Shown here one piece after another: positions 47,657-56,931 of a DNA stretch of 64,000 bases; within the stretch, counting starts at the first letter, position 1; each line of letters starts with the position of its first letter. This stretch comes from an uncultured virus (IMG/VR IMGVR_UViG_3300017774_007075) (Duplodnaviria; Heunggongvirae; Uroviricota; Caudoviricetes). Position numbers and translations under genes: made by a program. Location: the IMG/VR virus record IMGVR_UViG_3300017774_007075, positions 1 through 64,000 of that record; one strand, given 5' to 3'. A model generated the notes under the pieces. The model was not told where the DNA came from. It saw only the letters and a list, made by a program, of their open reading frames with translations, and made no database searches.

Positions 47657-49099
47657 TTATAGTTTAAGCTTTACATTAAAAGGAATAATGCTACTTTTTT
47701 CTTTTTTAATTGGTTCGCTCATCTTTCCAATACCAATCAATTCACCAAACTTATTATACAAACCAACAGATGTTATAAATGTGGGTCTATTTGTTATATT
47801 TTCATCATAGGAATCTGGATATGTAGAATTATTCGTATAAAAAAATTCATTTGGCATAGCAATACACATAACACTTTGAACAATTTCAGTTGTTATAGAT
47901 TTATAATTTGATTCACATAGTGTTGATGATGTAAAATAAATCTTTGCAAAATTCGTATCACCATTATATGGACTTCCTGATGCAATACCGTTATATCCTG
48001 AACTTGTAGCTGCTGAATATCTAAAACCTGAAACTAATTCAGAATCTGTAATAACTGCTAATCCTTTATCATTATATAATATACCAACAGGTTTATCATA
48101 GCTTTTTACAAATTGTGTATTATTGCCAAAATTTACATAAAACCCATCATAAATTGCATATCTTTTTCCTGAAGTATCATCATTCGAATTTGTTGTAAAT
48201 TTATTGCTACTTGTATATTGATTCCAAGATAAACTACTAGCTGTTACTTTACTTATTTTAATGCTTAAGCTTTTATTAACTCTAGTTCCTACAAAAAAAT
48301 TTGTATCGTCAAAATACATTTTTAATGGTTTATTTGTAACATTTTGTTTTGTTATTACGGTCACAAGATTTTTTGTTATAACTTGAGAATCAACTGTAAC
48401 CTTAATATCATTAATATCTGGAATTCTTGAAAGGTTGGTAATTTCAAAAAAAATAATATCACCTGTGCTTGCTGAAATTCCGCTAAAAACATATGCTGTT
48501 GTTTCACTAACTGCGGTTTTATTCAATGTAAAGATTGGTTCTTCAAATATAGTGGTAACATTTCTTGACCCTTTTGGTTTTTGTATTTCGTTGGAATATA
48601 AAAGTGTAATATTTGAATTTGGTGAACTTGCTGCTCCTAAACTTCCAACAAAACTTCTACCTTCACACCTTTCATTATTTAATGATGAAACAAATATTTT
48701 TTGTGTACCTATTCCATCAAACCCAAAATAAGAGCCATAAACTGTAGTTGCTGTTGGAACACCATTTAATGTAACAGGTATTGTTAATTTAAAAGTTTTA
48801 CCATCAATAAGTTCACCATATTGACCTTTTGGAATTTCAGCAACAATTATTTCTCTTTTATTTAACCAAGACATAGCACTCTCTTTATGAGTGTCTGAAA
48901 ATAAATTTATTTCATCATTTGTAATTGGAAGTCTTAAAGACTTAAATAAATTAGCATAAGGTGTTGTTACTGTGTCTAAATTGGCATAAGTAAATAATAT
49001 TTGACTATTAAGTTGATTTTCTGTGGTTGTCTCCGAATTTTGAAACCCTAAACTTTCAGTTGGATTATCGCTTGGTTTCTCTACTTTTTTGTAAAACAT
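47657..49099 (-). CDS. Putative tail/baseplate structural protein
   Basis: C-terminal FITSVGLYNKFGELIGIGKMSEPIKK, shared with 49924..51975. Confidence 0.6.
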   Translation of the reverse strand: MFYKKVEKPSDNPTESLGFQNSETTTENQLNSQILFTYANLDTVTTPYANLFKSLRLPITNDEINLFSDTHKESAMSWLNKREIIVAEIPKGQYGELIDGKTFKLTIPVTLNGVPTATTVYGSYFGFDGIGTQKIFVSSLNNERCEGRSFVGSLGAASSPNSNITLLYSNEIQKPKGSRNVTTIFEEPIFTLNKTAVSETTAYVFSGISASTGDIIFFEITNLSRIPDINDIKVTVDSQVITKNLVTVITKQNVTNKPLKMYFDDTNFFVGTRVNKSLSIKISKVTASSLSWNQYTSSNKFTTNSNDDTSGKRYAIYDGFYVNFGNNTQFVKSYDKPVGILYNDKGLAVITDSELVSGFRYSAATSSGYNGIASGSPYNGDTNFAKIYFTSSTLCESNYKSITTEIVQSVMCIAMPNEFFYTNNSTYPDSYDENITNRPTFITSVGLYNKFGELIGIGKMSEPIKKEKSSIIPFNVKLKL

Positions 49100-49136
49100 A
49101 TTTTTAATTTTTTATTTTATTGCGCTTACAGACCTC

Positions 49137-49922
49137 CTACTCCTCCCCTACTCCACCACCACCTGTGGATATTGTTGCTGTATATGTAACAGAAGTGTTT
49201 GTACCTAAATCAACAAATGAACGAAAAGGTGTTATTACTATTGTAAAGTTTACTGGTATAGAACCACTTAAAGAGACTACACTTCCCCTTTTAAAGGTAA
49301 TATTAATAGGTGTTATTTCTGCTGAAGGTTTAATTAAAAGTTTGGTTGATGAAGTTCCATTTATTGTAAAACTATTTGCACCGCCATCACTATCTTTAAT
49401 TTCAATATAAAATTGAGTATTTCCTATTTCAGAACTATTAATAACAATAGTATCTAAAGCAGGAGGTGATATAACAACATTAAATTGTGCAGTATATGTT
49501 GTGGAATTAGGGTTTAATGAACCACCATTAATTCTTGATACTGATGCACCAATAGTACAAACTCTTGTATTAATATTTCCATCTGTACCGATTCTACCAA
49601 CTGTTAATCTAGTTGTGGAATCGGTGATAGTTGAGCCTGAGAGAGAAGACATTAAATTTACATTTGTTCCATTTGCAATACTTTTAATACAGGTATCGGC
49701 ATCGCCTGTGATATCAGGAACAAATCCGCTTGGTAGTGTTAGGTATGTTGAGGTTGTACCTGCTGAAATATTTGAAGAAACAAGATAATTCACATCATCA
49801 TCGTGAAGAGTAAAATATGTAACTTGAAAATCTTCTTTGTTACCGTCTAATATGTATTCTCTACCTTTTGGTGTGAGATAAGCATAAAGTGTTTTTGTGT
49901 TAGTTTGTGGTATAAATCCCAT
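49137..49922 (-). CDS. Putative structural protein
   Basis: AYLTPKGRE...FTLHDDDVNY, similar to the N-terminus of 49924..51975. Confidence 0.55.
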   Translation of the reverse strand: MGFIPQTNTKTLYAYLTPKGREYILDGNKEDFQVTYFTLHDDDVNYLVSSNISAGTTSTYLTLPSGFVPDITGDADTCIKSIANGTNVNLMSSLSGSTITDSTTRLTVGRIGTDGNINTRVCTIGASVSRINGGSLNPNSTTYTAQFNVVISPPALDTIVINSSEIGNTQFYIEIKDSDGGANSFTINGTSSTKLLIKPSAEITPINITFKRGSVVSLSGSIPVNFTIVITPFRSFVDLGTNTSVTYTATISTGGGGVGEE

Positions 49923-49923
49923 A

Positions 49924-51975
49924 TTAAAAATCCATGTCTAATTCTAATGCAAATAGTTTATTGTTATTCTTTTTAACTGGGTTATTCAACTTCCCTATTG
50001 CTACTAAATTATTGTTATCATCATAAATACCTGCTTCAGTTATATAAACATCATCTTCACTATCGTTAAAAGTTGGGTTATTTGATGTATTATATTGGTT
50101 AAAATTAAGTTTATAAACAATTTTAGTTCTATAAACAAGTGCTTTTATATCTGAATTAATATTTCCAAGTAAAATACTTTCTTCACCAAAAGCCAGTCCT
50201 GTATTTGGTAATGCAGTTGTTGGTAAAGCACCAATATAACTTGTAACATCATATGATGCACCTACTGTATATTCTGCATTTGTAAAGATGTAGATTATAT
50301 CAGCTAGACCTGAATTATTTGGCGGTATTGTAGTTGCACTCCAAGAACTATAGTTTTGTAATTTTGGTGTGTAATCATATTCAATCCACAATGCAGGGTT
50401 AGGTTCTGAACCTATTGGAACCTTTTGTGCAATAATTTTAAATGTATTAGCATTGAATCCTGTTCCTGCTGTTAATCCTGCTGAAGATTGCATAAATTGC
50501 AATTCATTGGATGGTATATTAAATTCAACAACTTGTGGTAAAATTTGTGGATAAAGTTTTGTAATATATCCACAATGAATACCTGTTGAATAGCCATAAT
50601 TTGTTGTGTCACTATAATTATTATTTGAACCAAGTAAATATGTTATAGCTAAATAATTATTTTCACTTGATGATGCACCTAATAATGAATTAGTGTTTGA
50701 TGGTCTTAATCTAAAATTAGCATCAGGTAATGTCCAAGACCTATTTGATTTTAGTGAAAGTGTATTTAAAATTTCTTGGTCTTCAATTACTGCTATTTTT
50801 AAGTCATTAAATACTTTACCAACAATATTTTGTGATGATGTTTCAATAAGGTCATAATATTCTGTTGTAAATCCTGTTAAAGTTGTTGGCTGTAGTTTTT
50901 TAGCACCTGTTAAAGTAGAACCTGAAGATTTTAAAGTAATACCCATTGTTGTAGCACTTTTCTTATGATACATAACAGTTGGTAAATCAATTTTAAATGT
51001 GTTACCATTAAATCCTTCACCATAATAGTTTGAGATGGATTTATTAGTAAAGTGAATAACACCTAACATTGTATCACCTGATTTGTTTGTATAACCTTGT
51101 ATATATTCTTTAAACCCTGAGAAAATAGCACTATCATAATATGGTGGTATTAAACCATTTTTTACACCTGCTGGTGCATATTTATAAAGAATATTAAAAT
51201 TCCATACATTTACATTATCACTTGCTATATTACAATTTGAATTAAATGCTAATGTATTATCATTCCAATATGATACTGATGTTCCTGTACTATAATAAGT
51301 ATCAATTGCATTGTTTGTAGGATAAACATAAACAATACTTTTTACTGTTTGACCTTGACCTGAAAAGTTTGGTAATGTTTTATCAACTGTAATATCATTA
51401 CCATTTACAGCCAATGCTTTATACCAAATAAATGGTCTTGGATATAATTCACCGATTGCACCTGTAGTATTTGTAAATGCTGAAACTTTTGGATTTCTCC
51501 AATCAACTAAAAGCATATTACCGACTGTTACGGCACTTGCTGAGTCTAATCTAAGAATTGTGTTTCCTGTTAATCCACTTGATGCAATAATTCTTTTATC
51601 TAAAATATATGCATTAGTTGTAAAAGATGTAAAACCACTATCTGTTGACCCTGTAAAAAATCCTCTTTGTGAAGCCGTATTTAATACTACTTTAATATCG
51701 GGACTGACTTGACCTATACTTGTTTTAGTATCAGGTAAAGTATCTAAAATTGGAATTGGGTATTTAATATACGGATTTGCATCTTTTGGACGAATTATAA
51801 TCAAATCAGTACCATCAATAATCGTATCATTACCCCTCAAGAATTCATAATCAATTTCTGAATCACCAAATTCAATTTTTTTAAATGTTAGTGAACCAGA
51901 TGCTAACAAAAGTCTACCTGTACTTGTTAGTTTTGTGTTGATTACAGTTAAGTCACTTTTTTGTATAAAACTCAT
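49924..51975 (-). CDS. Putative tail/baseplate structural protein (tail-collar-like termini)
   Basis: KLTSTGRLLLA...FGDSEIDY N-terminus; YITEAGIYDDNNNLVAIGKL C-terminus. Confidence 0.6.
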   Translation of the reverse strand: MSFIQKSDLTVINTKLTSTGRLLLASGSLTFKKIEFGDSEIDYEFLRGNDTIIDGTDLIIIRPKDANPYIKYPIPILDTLPDTKTSIGQVSPDIKVVLNTASQRGFFTGSTDSGFTSFTTNAYILDKRIIASSGLTGNTILRLDSASAVTVGNMLLVDWRNPKVSAFTNTTGAIGELYPRPFIWYKALAVNGNDITVDKTLPNFSGQGQTVKSIVYVYPTNNAIDTYYSTGTSVSYWNDNTLAFNSNCNIASDNVNVWNFNILYKYAPAGVKNGLIPPYYDSAIFSGFKEYIQGYTNKSGDTMLGVIHFTNKSISNYYGEGFNGNTFKIDLPTVMYHKKSATTMGITLKSSGSTLTGAKKLQPTTLTGFTTEYYDLIETSSQNIVGKVFNDLKIAVIEDQEILNTLSLKSNRSWTLPDANFRLRPSNTNSLLGASSSENNYLAITYLLGSNNNYSDTTNYGYSTGIHCGYITKLYPQILPQVVEFNIPSNELQFMQSSAGLTAGTGFNANTFKIIAQKVPIGSEPNPALWIEYDYTPKLQNYSSWSATTIPPNNSGLADIIYIFTNAEYTVGASYDVTSYIGALPTTALPNTGLAFGEESILLGNINSDIKALVYRTKIVYKLNFNQYNTSNNPTFNDSEDDVYITEAGIYDDNNNLVAIGKLNNPVKKNNNKLFALELDMDF

Positions 51976-51980
51976 TAGAA

Positions 51981-52001
51981 AACTATTTATAATAAATAGT
52001 T
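51981..52001. promoter_or_regulatory. Face-to-face late promoters forming a 21-bp palindrome
   Basis: AACTATTTAT-A-ATAAATAGTT between the starts at 51975 and 52002. Confidence 0.75.
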
Positions 52002-52307
52002 ATGTTCAACTTCTTTTCCAACCCAAAATTTATGAAATTTATAAATGATTTGTTTAGAGATAGTAATTCTAAAAAAACATCATTTAGTAGATTACTTGCT
52101 TTTCTTTTATTTATTATGGTTTTATGGTTTCATGTTGAAGCCATTAGAATAATGATAGAGAAAAAAGAAATTGACCATGCTTTATTGTTGGAAGATTTTG
52201 CTTTCATTAGTGCAATCATTATGCAAAAGAATTATATTAATAGTAAAAATATAGAAGGTGATTCTACAGCACCACCTATAGAACCACCAACTGAGCAACC
52301 AAGTTAA
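52002..52307 (+). CDS. Small membrane protein, holin-like
   Basis: SFSRL followed by a TM helix; second weakly hydrophobic segment; late motif upstream. Confidence 0.45.
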   Translation: MFNFFSNPKFMKFINDLFRDSNSKKTSFSRLLAFLLFIMVLWFHVEAIRIMIEKKEIDHALLLEDFAFISAIIMQKNYINSKNIEGDSTAPPIEPPTEQPS

Positions 52308-53707
52308 ACCAATTCTAATTTTTCTTGTTTAATCATACTTCTGTAAAAATCTGCTCTAATATGACTTAGAACATCAATATCATATCTTTTACAAGCAAGT
52401 TCATATGCTGCTTCACCCATATCTTTAACATGATTTGGATTATTGATACAATATTTAATTTTCTTATACCAATCTTTATATTGTCTATCGGGATTTACAT
52501 ATAAAATGTTTTTTCCATCAACCCAATCCTTATCATGATTGTAAATTGGAACATCAGAAGCAATGACAGGAACTTTATGGAATGCAGCCTCAATTACTTT
52601 AAGATTTGATTTGGCAAATTGATAGCGATTATCTGAATTATCATCCATTACACCCTTACCATATACTTTAATTGGTGCAAGTGCAACGTCACCATGTTTA
52701 TAGTTTGCAGCAAATTTATAAAGACCTTGTGTTTTATGTCTAAAATAGTTTTGTTCAGATTGTTTTTCATAAACTGCATCTAAATCAAATTTCATTAAGA
52801 AATCATAATAATCTTTATCTTTAATTAATTTATAATTACCTGTAAAAATCTCTTCATATCTTGTCCAAACAGTATCTTGAGGTTTAATTGGTTGTGTATG
52901 TTCGTTTAAAACATTACCATTATATTTTTGTACAATTTCTCTTGGAATTTCAGGTGTATTAATAATATCAAAATTATTTGCAATAAGTTTTTTATAAAGT
53001 TGTTCATTAAAAATACCCATTGCTTGAATTTCTTTAATAAAATCTTCATTTACACTATAGTTTGTGGTTGTTCCTCTAAGGTCAAAACCAGAAAGATGAA
53101 ATTGAAATTTATTTGCAACGGAAATATCATCAACTAGTTTTTCTATACTGTCTTTCAATAAAGAAACATCTTGTAAGTGAGAAGAACCTGCAAGATAAAG
53201 AATTCTCATTTTATCATATGAACACTTATCATTAGCAGGAGTCCATTCTTTTAAATTTCTATTAATACCATTTGGAATAACTAAAATATTTTTATTATAA
53301 GGTTTAATATAATTTTCATATACAGGTGTTGTTGTTGAGACAGCATCAATAATTTTAAGATTAGCAACAATCTTTTCTTTTAAACCATCTTTTTTAACTG
53401 CATGATAAAGAGGATGTTCTTTTGATACTTCCCAATAATCATCAATGTCAAGAATTACTTTAATTCCAAACGATTGTAATTTTTGAACCAAAAATGGCAT
53501 TTGTGCAAAATCACATAAGGTTCTGTGTCCATGAATAATATCGTATTGCTTTAAAAAAGCATCATCATTCCAATCGGGGTTTTTGATATAATCAATTTCA
53601 AATTCATCATCATATAGTTTTGAAAGAGAAATGGCAGGTTGTTCAGAACGGTAAAAGTTTACACCATGAACATCTTGATTTGTAATCAATATTTTTGGTT
53701 TACTCAT
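52304..53707 (-). CDS. Glycosyltransferase (GT-B fold, GT4-like)
   Basis: GVNFYR, LDIDDYW, VIPNGI, DVALAP...KSNLKVIEAAFHKVPVIASD. Confidence 0.85.
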   Translation of the reverse strand: MSKPKILITNQDVHGVNFYRSEQPAISLSKLYDDEFEIDYIKNPDWNDDAFLKQYDIIHGHRTLCDFAQMPFLVQKLQSFGIKVILDIDDYWEVSKEHPLYHAVKKDGLKEKIVANLKIIDAVSTTTPVYENYIKPYNKNILVIPNGINRNLKEWTPANDKCSYDKMRILYLAGSSHLQDVSLLKDSIEKLVDDISVANKFQFHLSGFDLRGTTTNYSVNEDFIKEIQAMGIFNEQLYKKLIANNFDIINTPEIPREIVQKYNGNVLNEHTQPIKPQDTVWTRYEEIFTGNYKLIKDKDYYDFLMKFDLDAVYEKQSEQNYFRHKTQGLYKFAANYKHGDVALAPIKVYGKGVMDDNSDNRYQFAKSNLKVIEAAFHKVPVIASDVPIYNHDKDWVDGKNILYVNPDRQYKDWYKKIKYCINNPNHVKDMGEAAYELACKRYDIDVLSHIRADFYRSMIKQEKLELV

Positions 53708-53739
53708 AAATAAATTTTGATGTATAATACGTCAAAATA

Positions 53740-54132
53740 TTATCCATTAAATATAAATGAAATATTATCCTCAAGAGTATTGAATAAATTACTGTAAAGA
53801 AAAGAAATATTAATTTGTAGTTTATTTGTTTGTTCGGATTGGTCTATATTGATGTCTTGTATCTTTACATTATTAAAATATTTTTCAATATCTGTTTTTA
53901 ACGATAATTTTATATCTGAAGCTACTATTGCATCATTTTTTTCAAATAAAAATTCATATAATCTAGTACCAAAATCAGGGTCATACCATCTTTCACCCTT
54001 TTTTGTTGATATAAAAAAATATAATGAAGAACGAATATCATCAACTGTGGTTGTATTCATTTTAAATAACTTACCATCAACAGTATCGTCTTTAAATGGA
54101 AAATTTATTGATATTGTTCTATTATTAGCCAT
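53740..54132 (-). CDS. Baseplate wedge protein (T4 gp25/gpW-like)
   Basis: INFPF...TKKGERWYDPDFGTRLYEFLFE. Confidence 0.9.
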   Translation of the reverse strand: MANNRTISINFPFKDDTVDGKLFKMNTTTVDDIRSSLYFFISTKKGERWYDPDFGTRLYEFLFEKNDAIVASDIKLSLKTDIEKYFNNVKIQDINIDQSEQTNKLQINISFLYSNLFNTLEDNISFIFNG

Positions 54133-55007
54133 TATGTAATTATTAGCATTAATTTATCACCAAAATTGATTCCATCATATCCTGCTCTTTTTGCAAAACC
54201 ATTTAATCTATCCTTAATGAATTCGGCATGGACTTTATTTACATCTGAAGCCATCTTTTTAATTTTTCCTGAGTCTTTTTCAAAACTAGGGTCAAGAATA
54301 TACATAGCAGCTAAATAAAATGGGTCATATAAATCCATTTGTTCAACAGGTACATTTAAAAGTTTATCAAAAAGAATTTCATATTCTTTATCATAACCTT
54401 TGTCTTTTGTAAATGACATAATAAAACCTGAAGTATTTCCTTTATCAAAAGGTCTAACAGAATAAAGTGTTACTGCCTTATTGGTTACATCATCAAATGT
54501 TAATCTATCAGAAACTTCTTGTTGTTGTTGTTCTTTATCTGCCCCTAAATACTTTGCTTGAGGTTTTGACATACTACTCATTACCTTTTCAATAGGGTCA
54601 AGTATATTAAATGTACTTTGTGTTGTTATACCAAATTCATTTTTAAATTCAATTCTATCTTGAATTTTATTCAATAATCTACAAGCATCTTGAGAATTCA
54701 AAAATATTTTATAACATTCTACTTTGTCAATATCTGGTCTTGATTGATATGCATATACTCTATGATGTCCATCTAATATATTGTTATTAGCATCAACCCA
54801 AGACTTTGGTAAATATTCATCATTATCAATAACTCTATTAATATCATCAATTTTTGACTTCATAACCTTTTTCTGTAAAGGTTTCAAATAACTTGGTTCT
54901 ACCATAACTTTTTTAACAATGATTCCACTATCCTTTAATTCTTGAAGGATTTCATTAACATTATCATCTTTTACTTGTGGTAACCAAATTGGTTGAGCAG
55001 TATTCAT
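54132..55007 (-). CDS. ParB/sulfiredoxin-like N-terminal domain protein
   Basis: LPQV...LKPLQ...NILDGHHRV. Confidence 0.65.
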   Translation of the reverse strand: MNTAQPIWLPQVKDDNVNEILQELKDSGIIVKKVMVEPSYLKPLQKKVMKSKIDDINRVIDNDEYLPKSWVDANNNILDGHHRVYAYQSRPDIDKVECYKIFLNSQDACRLLNKIQDRIEFKNEFGITTQSTFNILDPIEKVMSSMSKPQAKYLGADKEQQQQEVSDRLTFDDVTNKAVTLYSVRPFDKGNTSGFIMSFTKDKGYDKEYEILFDKLLNVPVEQMDLYDPFYLAAMYILDPSFEKDSGKIKKMASDVNKVHAEFIKDRLNGFAKRAGYDGINFGDKLMLIIT

Positions 55008-55020
55008 GTATATATTTTTT

Positions 55021-55053
55021 AATAAATAGTAAATTCAAATCATACTATTTATA
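55021..55053. promoter_or_regulatory. Back-to-back divergent late promoters
   Basis: AATAAATAGT (minus-strand copy) and ACTATTTATA (plus-strand copy) between the starts at 55007 and 55069. Confidence 0.7.
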
Positions 55054-55068
55054 TAAAATTATTTATAT

Positions 55069-55863
55069 ATGGAAAATGTTTCAAATTTAAAGGCAAAGCT
55101 AGATAGCTTATTGCCTAAAGTCGTGTCAGACTATGTTGATTTACCTTCTGAAGGTTTGTTTTATGAGAGTGGTATTGATAAGTTGATGGTTGAATATATG
55201 ACCGCTTCTGATGAACAATATCTTCTTTCTGAAAACTATATCAAGAATGGTACAGGTATGGAATTATTAGCAAAAAACAAAATCAAAGACCCTGAATTCA
55301 ATTCAAATATGCGTGTTGAAGACTTACTAACAGGTGATTTAGATGCTGTTCTATTGTTTTTAAGAAGATTTGCTTATGGTGATGATTATCCTGTTCAAGT
55401 TCGTGATACAGATGGAAAAATGTTTGATACTGTAGTAAAATTATCAGAAATTAAATATAAAGAAGTTGTAAGACCTGATAATATTGATTTAACATATAAT
55501 TTTAAATTACCATTATGTAAAATTGATTTAACTTTCAAACTTTTAACTTATGGTGAAAAGAAAAAGTTAGACCAAAGATTAGAAAAAATTTCAAAGTATA
55601 AAAGTGATTCTCCAATTTTTGAAATACAAGAAAGAATTATTGCTCAAATACAAACAATAGCAGGTGAGTCTGATAGAAATTTTATTGAGAAATTTGTTAA
55701 ACTTATGCCACCGATAGACTCGTTGGATTTAAGAACGTATATATTAAGTGTAGAACCTGGGTTAGATTACAATTATGAATTTGAAGGCAAATTCACAGGG
55801 GACTTTTTTCGTCAGAAATTTACCCTTGGTTTCGACTTTTTTTATCCAAGAGCAAAAGTATGA
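55069..55863 (+). CDS. Baseplate hub assembly / tail chaperone protein (T4 gp26-like)
   Basis: VDLPSEGLFY, YMTASDE, LLTGDLDAVLLFLRRFAYG, FKLLT, C-terminal DFFYP. Confidence 0.8.
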   Translation: MENVSNLKAKLDSLLPKVVSDYVDLPSEGLFYESGIDKLMVEYMTASDEQYLLSENYIKNGTGMELLAKNKIKDPEFNSNMRVEDLLTGDLDAVLLFLRRFAYGDDYPVQVRDTDGKMFDTVVKLSEIKYKEVVRPDNIDLTYNFKLPLCKIDLTFKLLTYGEKKKLDQRLEKISKYKSDSPIFEIQERIIAQIQTIAGESDRNFIEKFVKLMPPIDSLDLRTYILSVEPGLDYNYEFEGKFTGDFFRQKFTLGFDFFYPRAKV

Positions 55864-56035
55864 GGAAGTTATAGCACACGAAGTTAACTTTCTTGTTGAA
55901 AGTAAATATTCTTATAATGATATTTTATATACAATGCCTGTATATATGCGTAAAAATATAATTTCAATACTTTTAGAAAGAAATCAAAAGTTATTGAAAG
56001 AAAAAGAAAGAGCAGCAGGTTACAAAGATATTTAA
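55775..56035 (+). CDS. Small gp51-like ORF in the +1 frame; possibly a frameshift extension of the upstream gene
   Basis: YSYNDILYTMPVYMRK pattern; start ambiguous. Confidence 0.55.
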   Translation: MNLKANSQGTFFVRNLPLVSTFFIQEQKYEEVIAHEVNFLVESKYSYNDILYTMPVYMRKNIISILLERNQKLLKEKERAAGYKDI

Positions 56036-56036
56036 T

Positions 56037-56046
56037 TCTATTTATA
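56037..56046 (+). promoter_or_regulatory. Putative late promoter TCTATTTATA
   Basis: 13 nt before ATG 56060. Confidence 0.6.
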
Positions 56047-56059
56047 TTAAAAATGTAAT

Positions 56060-56920
56060 ATGAAGATATTATCTTATAAAATATTAAGTGAAGCCGCATT
56101 TGGTGATATTAAAACTATAGCAAAGCTAAAATTATTAACAAAACAAGGAGGTAATCCAACTTATAGTTTAACATATTTTAAATATTTGGTTAAAATTACT
56201 TTTGGAATTTCACCAATAAATGATGATGTTAAAAATTTTATATCGCCAACTTTTGCAGTAAATTTTGAGGGTAATAAAATGTTTTTATATCCTTGGTATA
56301 GCGAACAGGTAGCAGCATTAGAAGAAACAAATGCTAAAAAATGGGGTAGTTTAGAGTTGTATGATTTAAATGATGAAACTGCTATACAAGACATTGAAGG
56401 ATATTTTTTAAACCCATCAGCCTTAGAATTTAGATTTCATTTTGAGGTTGGTGATACCACTATATTTAATCAGGCAAATAAATTATATAGATTTGCTAAT
56501 CTTGATTTTTTATCAAATTTTCAAGGTGGTCCATCAGCAGCTTTTAAAATAAAAATGACAAATACAATTATGCGTGATTTGTCAATTTCAAGGAATCAAC
56601 AAAGTAATGTAAGTAATAAGTATGCTATTGATATAGAACTTGACCCTGCAATATCAGGAGTTACTAATCCTGTTACAGGAAATTATAAAATTATATTTAA
56701 TAATACAAGAAGCCCACTTGGAACTATACAAGGTTTTCCCAATGTATCATCATTTGGAAAAGTTAATAGTGGTGCTGTAAATTTTTATATTTATACACAA
56801 CAACCATTTACTACAACACCTAATACAGATGTAGAATGTCATGTTGTTCATTATGACAATAATTCATGGAAAAAAACAGGCAAAATAAAATATAAAATAA
56901 ACTCATTATCTCAAATCTAA
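56060..56920 (+). CDS. Hypothetical protein, possible virion protein with a cleavable N-terminal peptide
   Basis: MKILSYKILSE N-terminus; late motif upstream. Confidence 0.55.
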   Translation: MKILSYKILSEAAFGDIKTIAKLKLLTKQGGNPTYSLTYFKYLVKITFGISPINDDVKNFISPTFAVNFEGNKMFLYPWYSEQVAALEETNAKKWGSLELYDLNDETAIQDIEGYFLNPSALEFRFHFEVGDTTIFNQANKLYRFANLDFLSNFQGGPSAAFKIKMTNTIMRDLSISRNQQSNVSNKYAIDIELDPAISGVTNPVTGNYKIIFNNTRSPLGTIQGFPNVSSFGKVNSGAVNFYIYTQQPFTTTPNTDVECHVVHYDNNSWKKTGKIKYKINSLSQI

Positions 56921-56931
56921 TAATTTAAAAT

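Noticed and set aside
49126..49165. GGAGTAGG repeat at the end of 49137..49922, suggesting a frameshift or strong SD
   Set aside because: Affects only the last few Gly-rich codons and is too far from ATG 49099 to act as an SD
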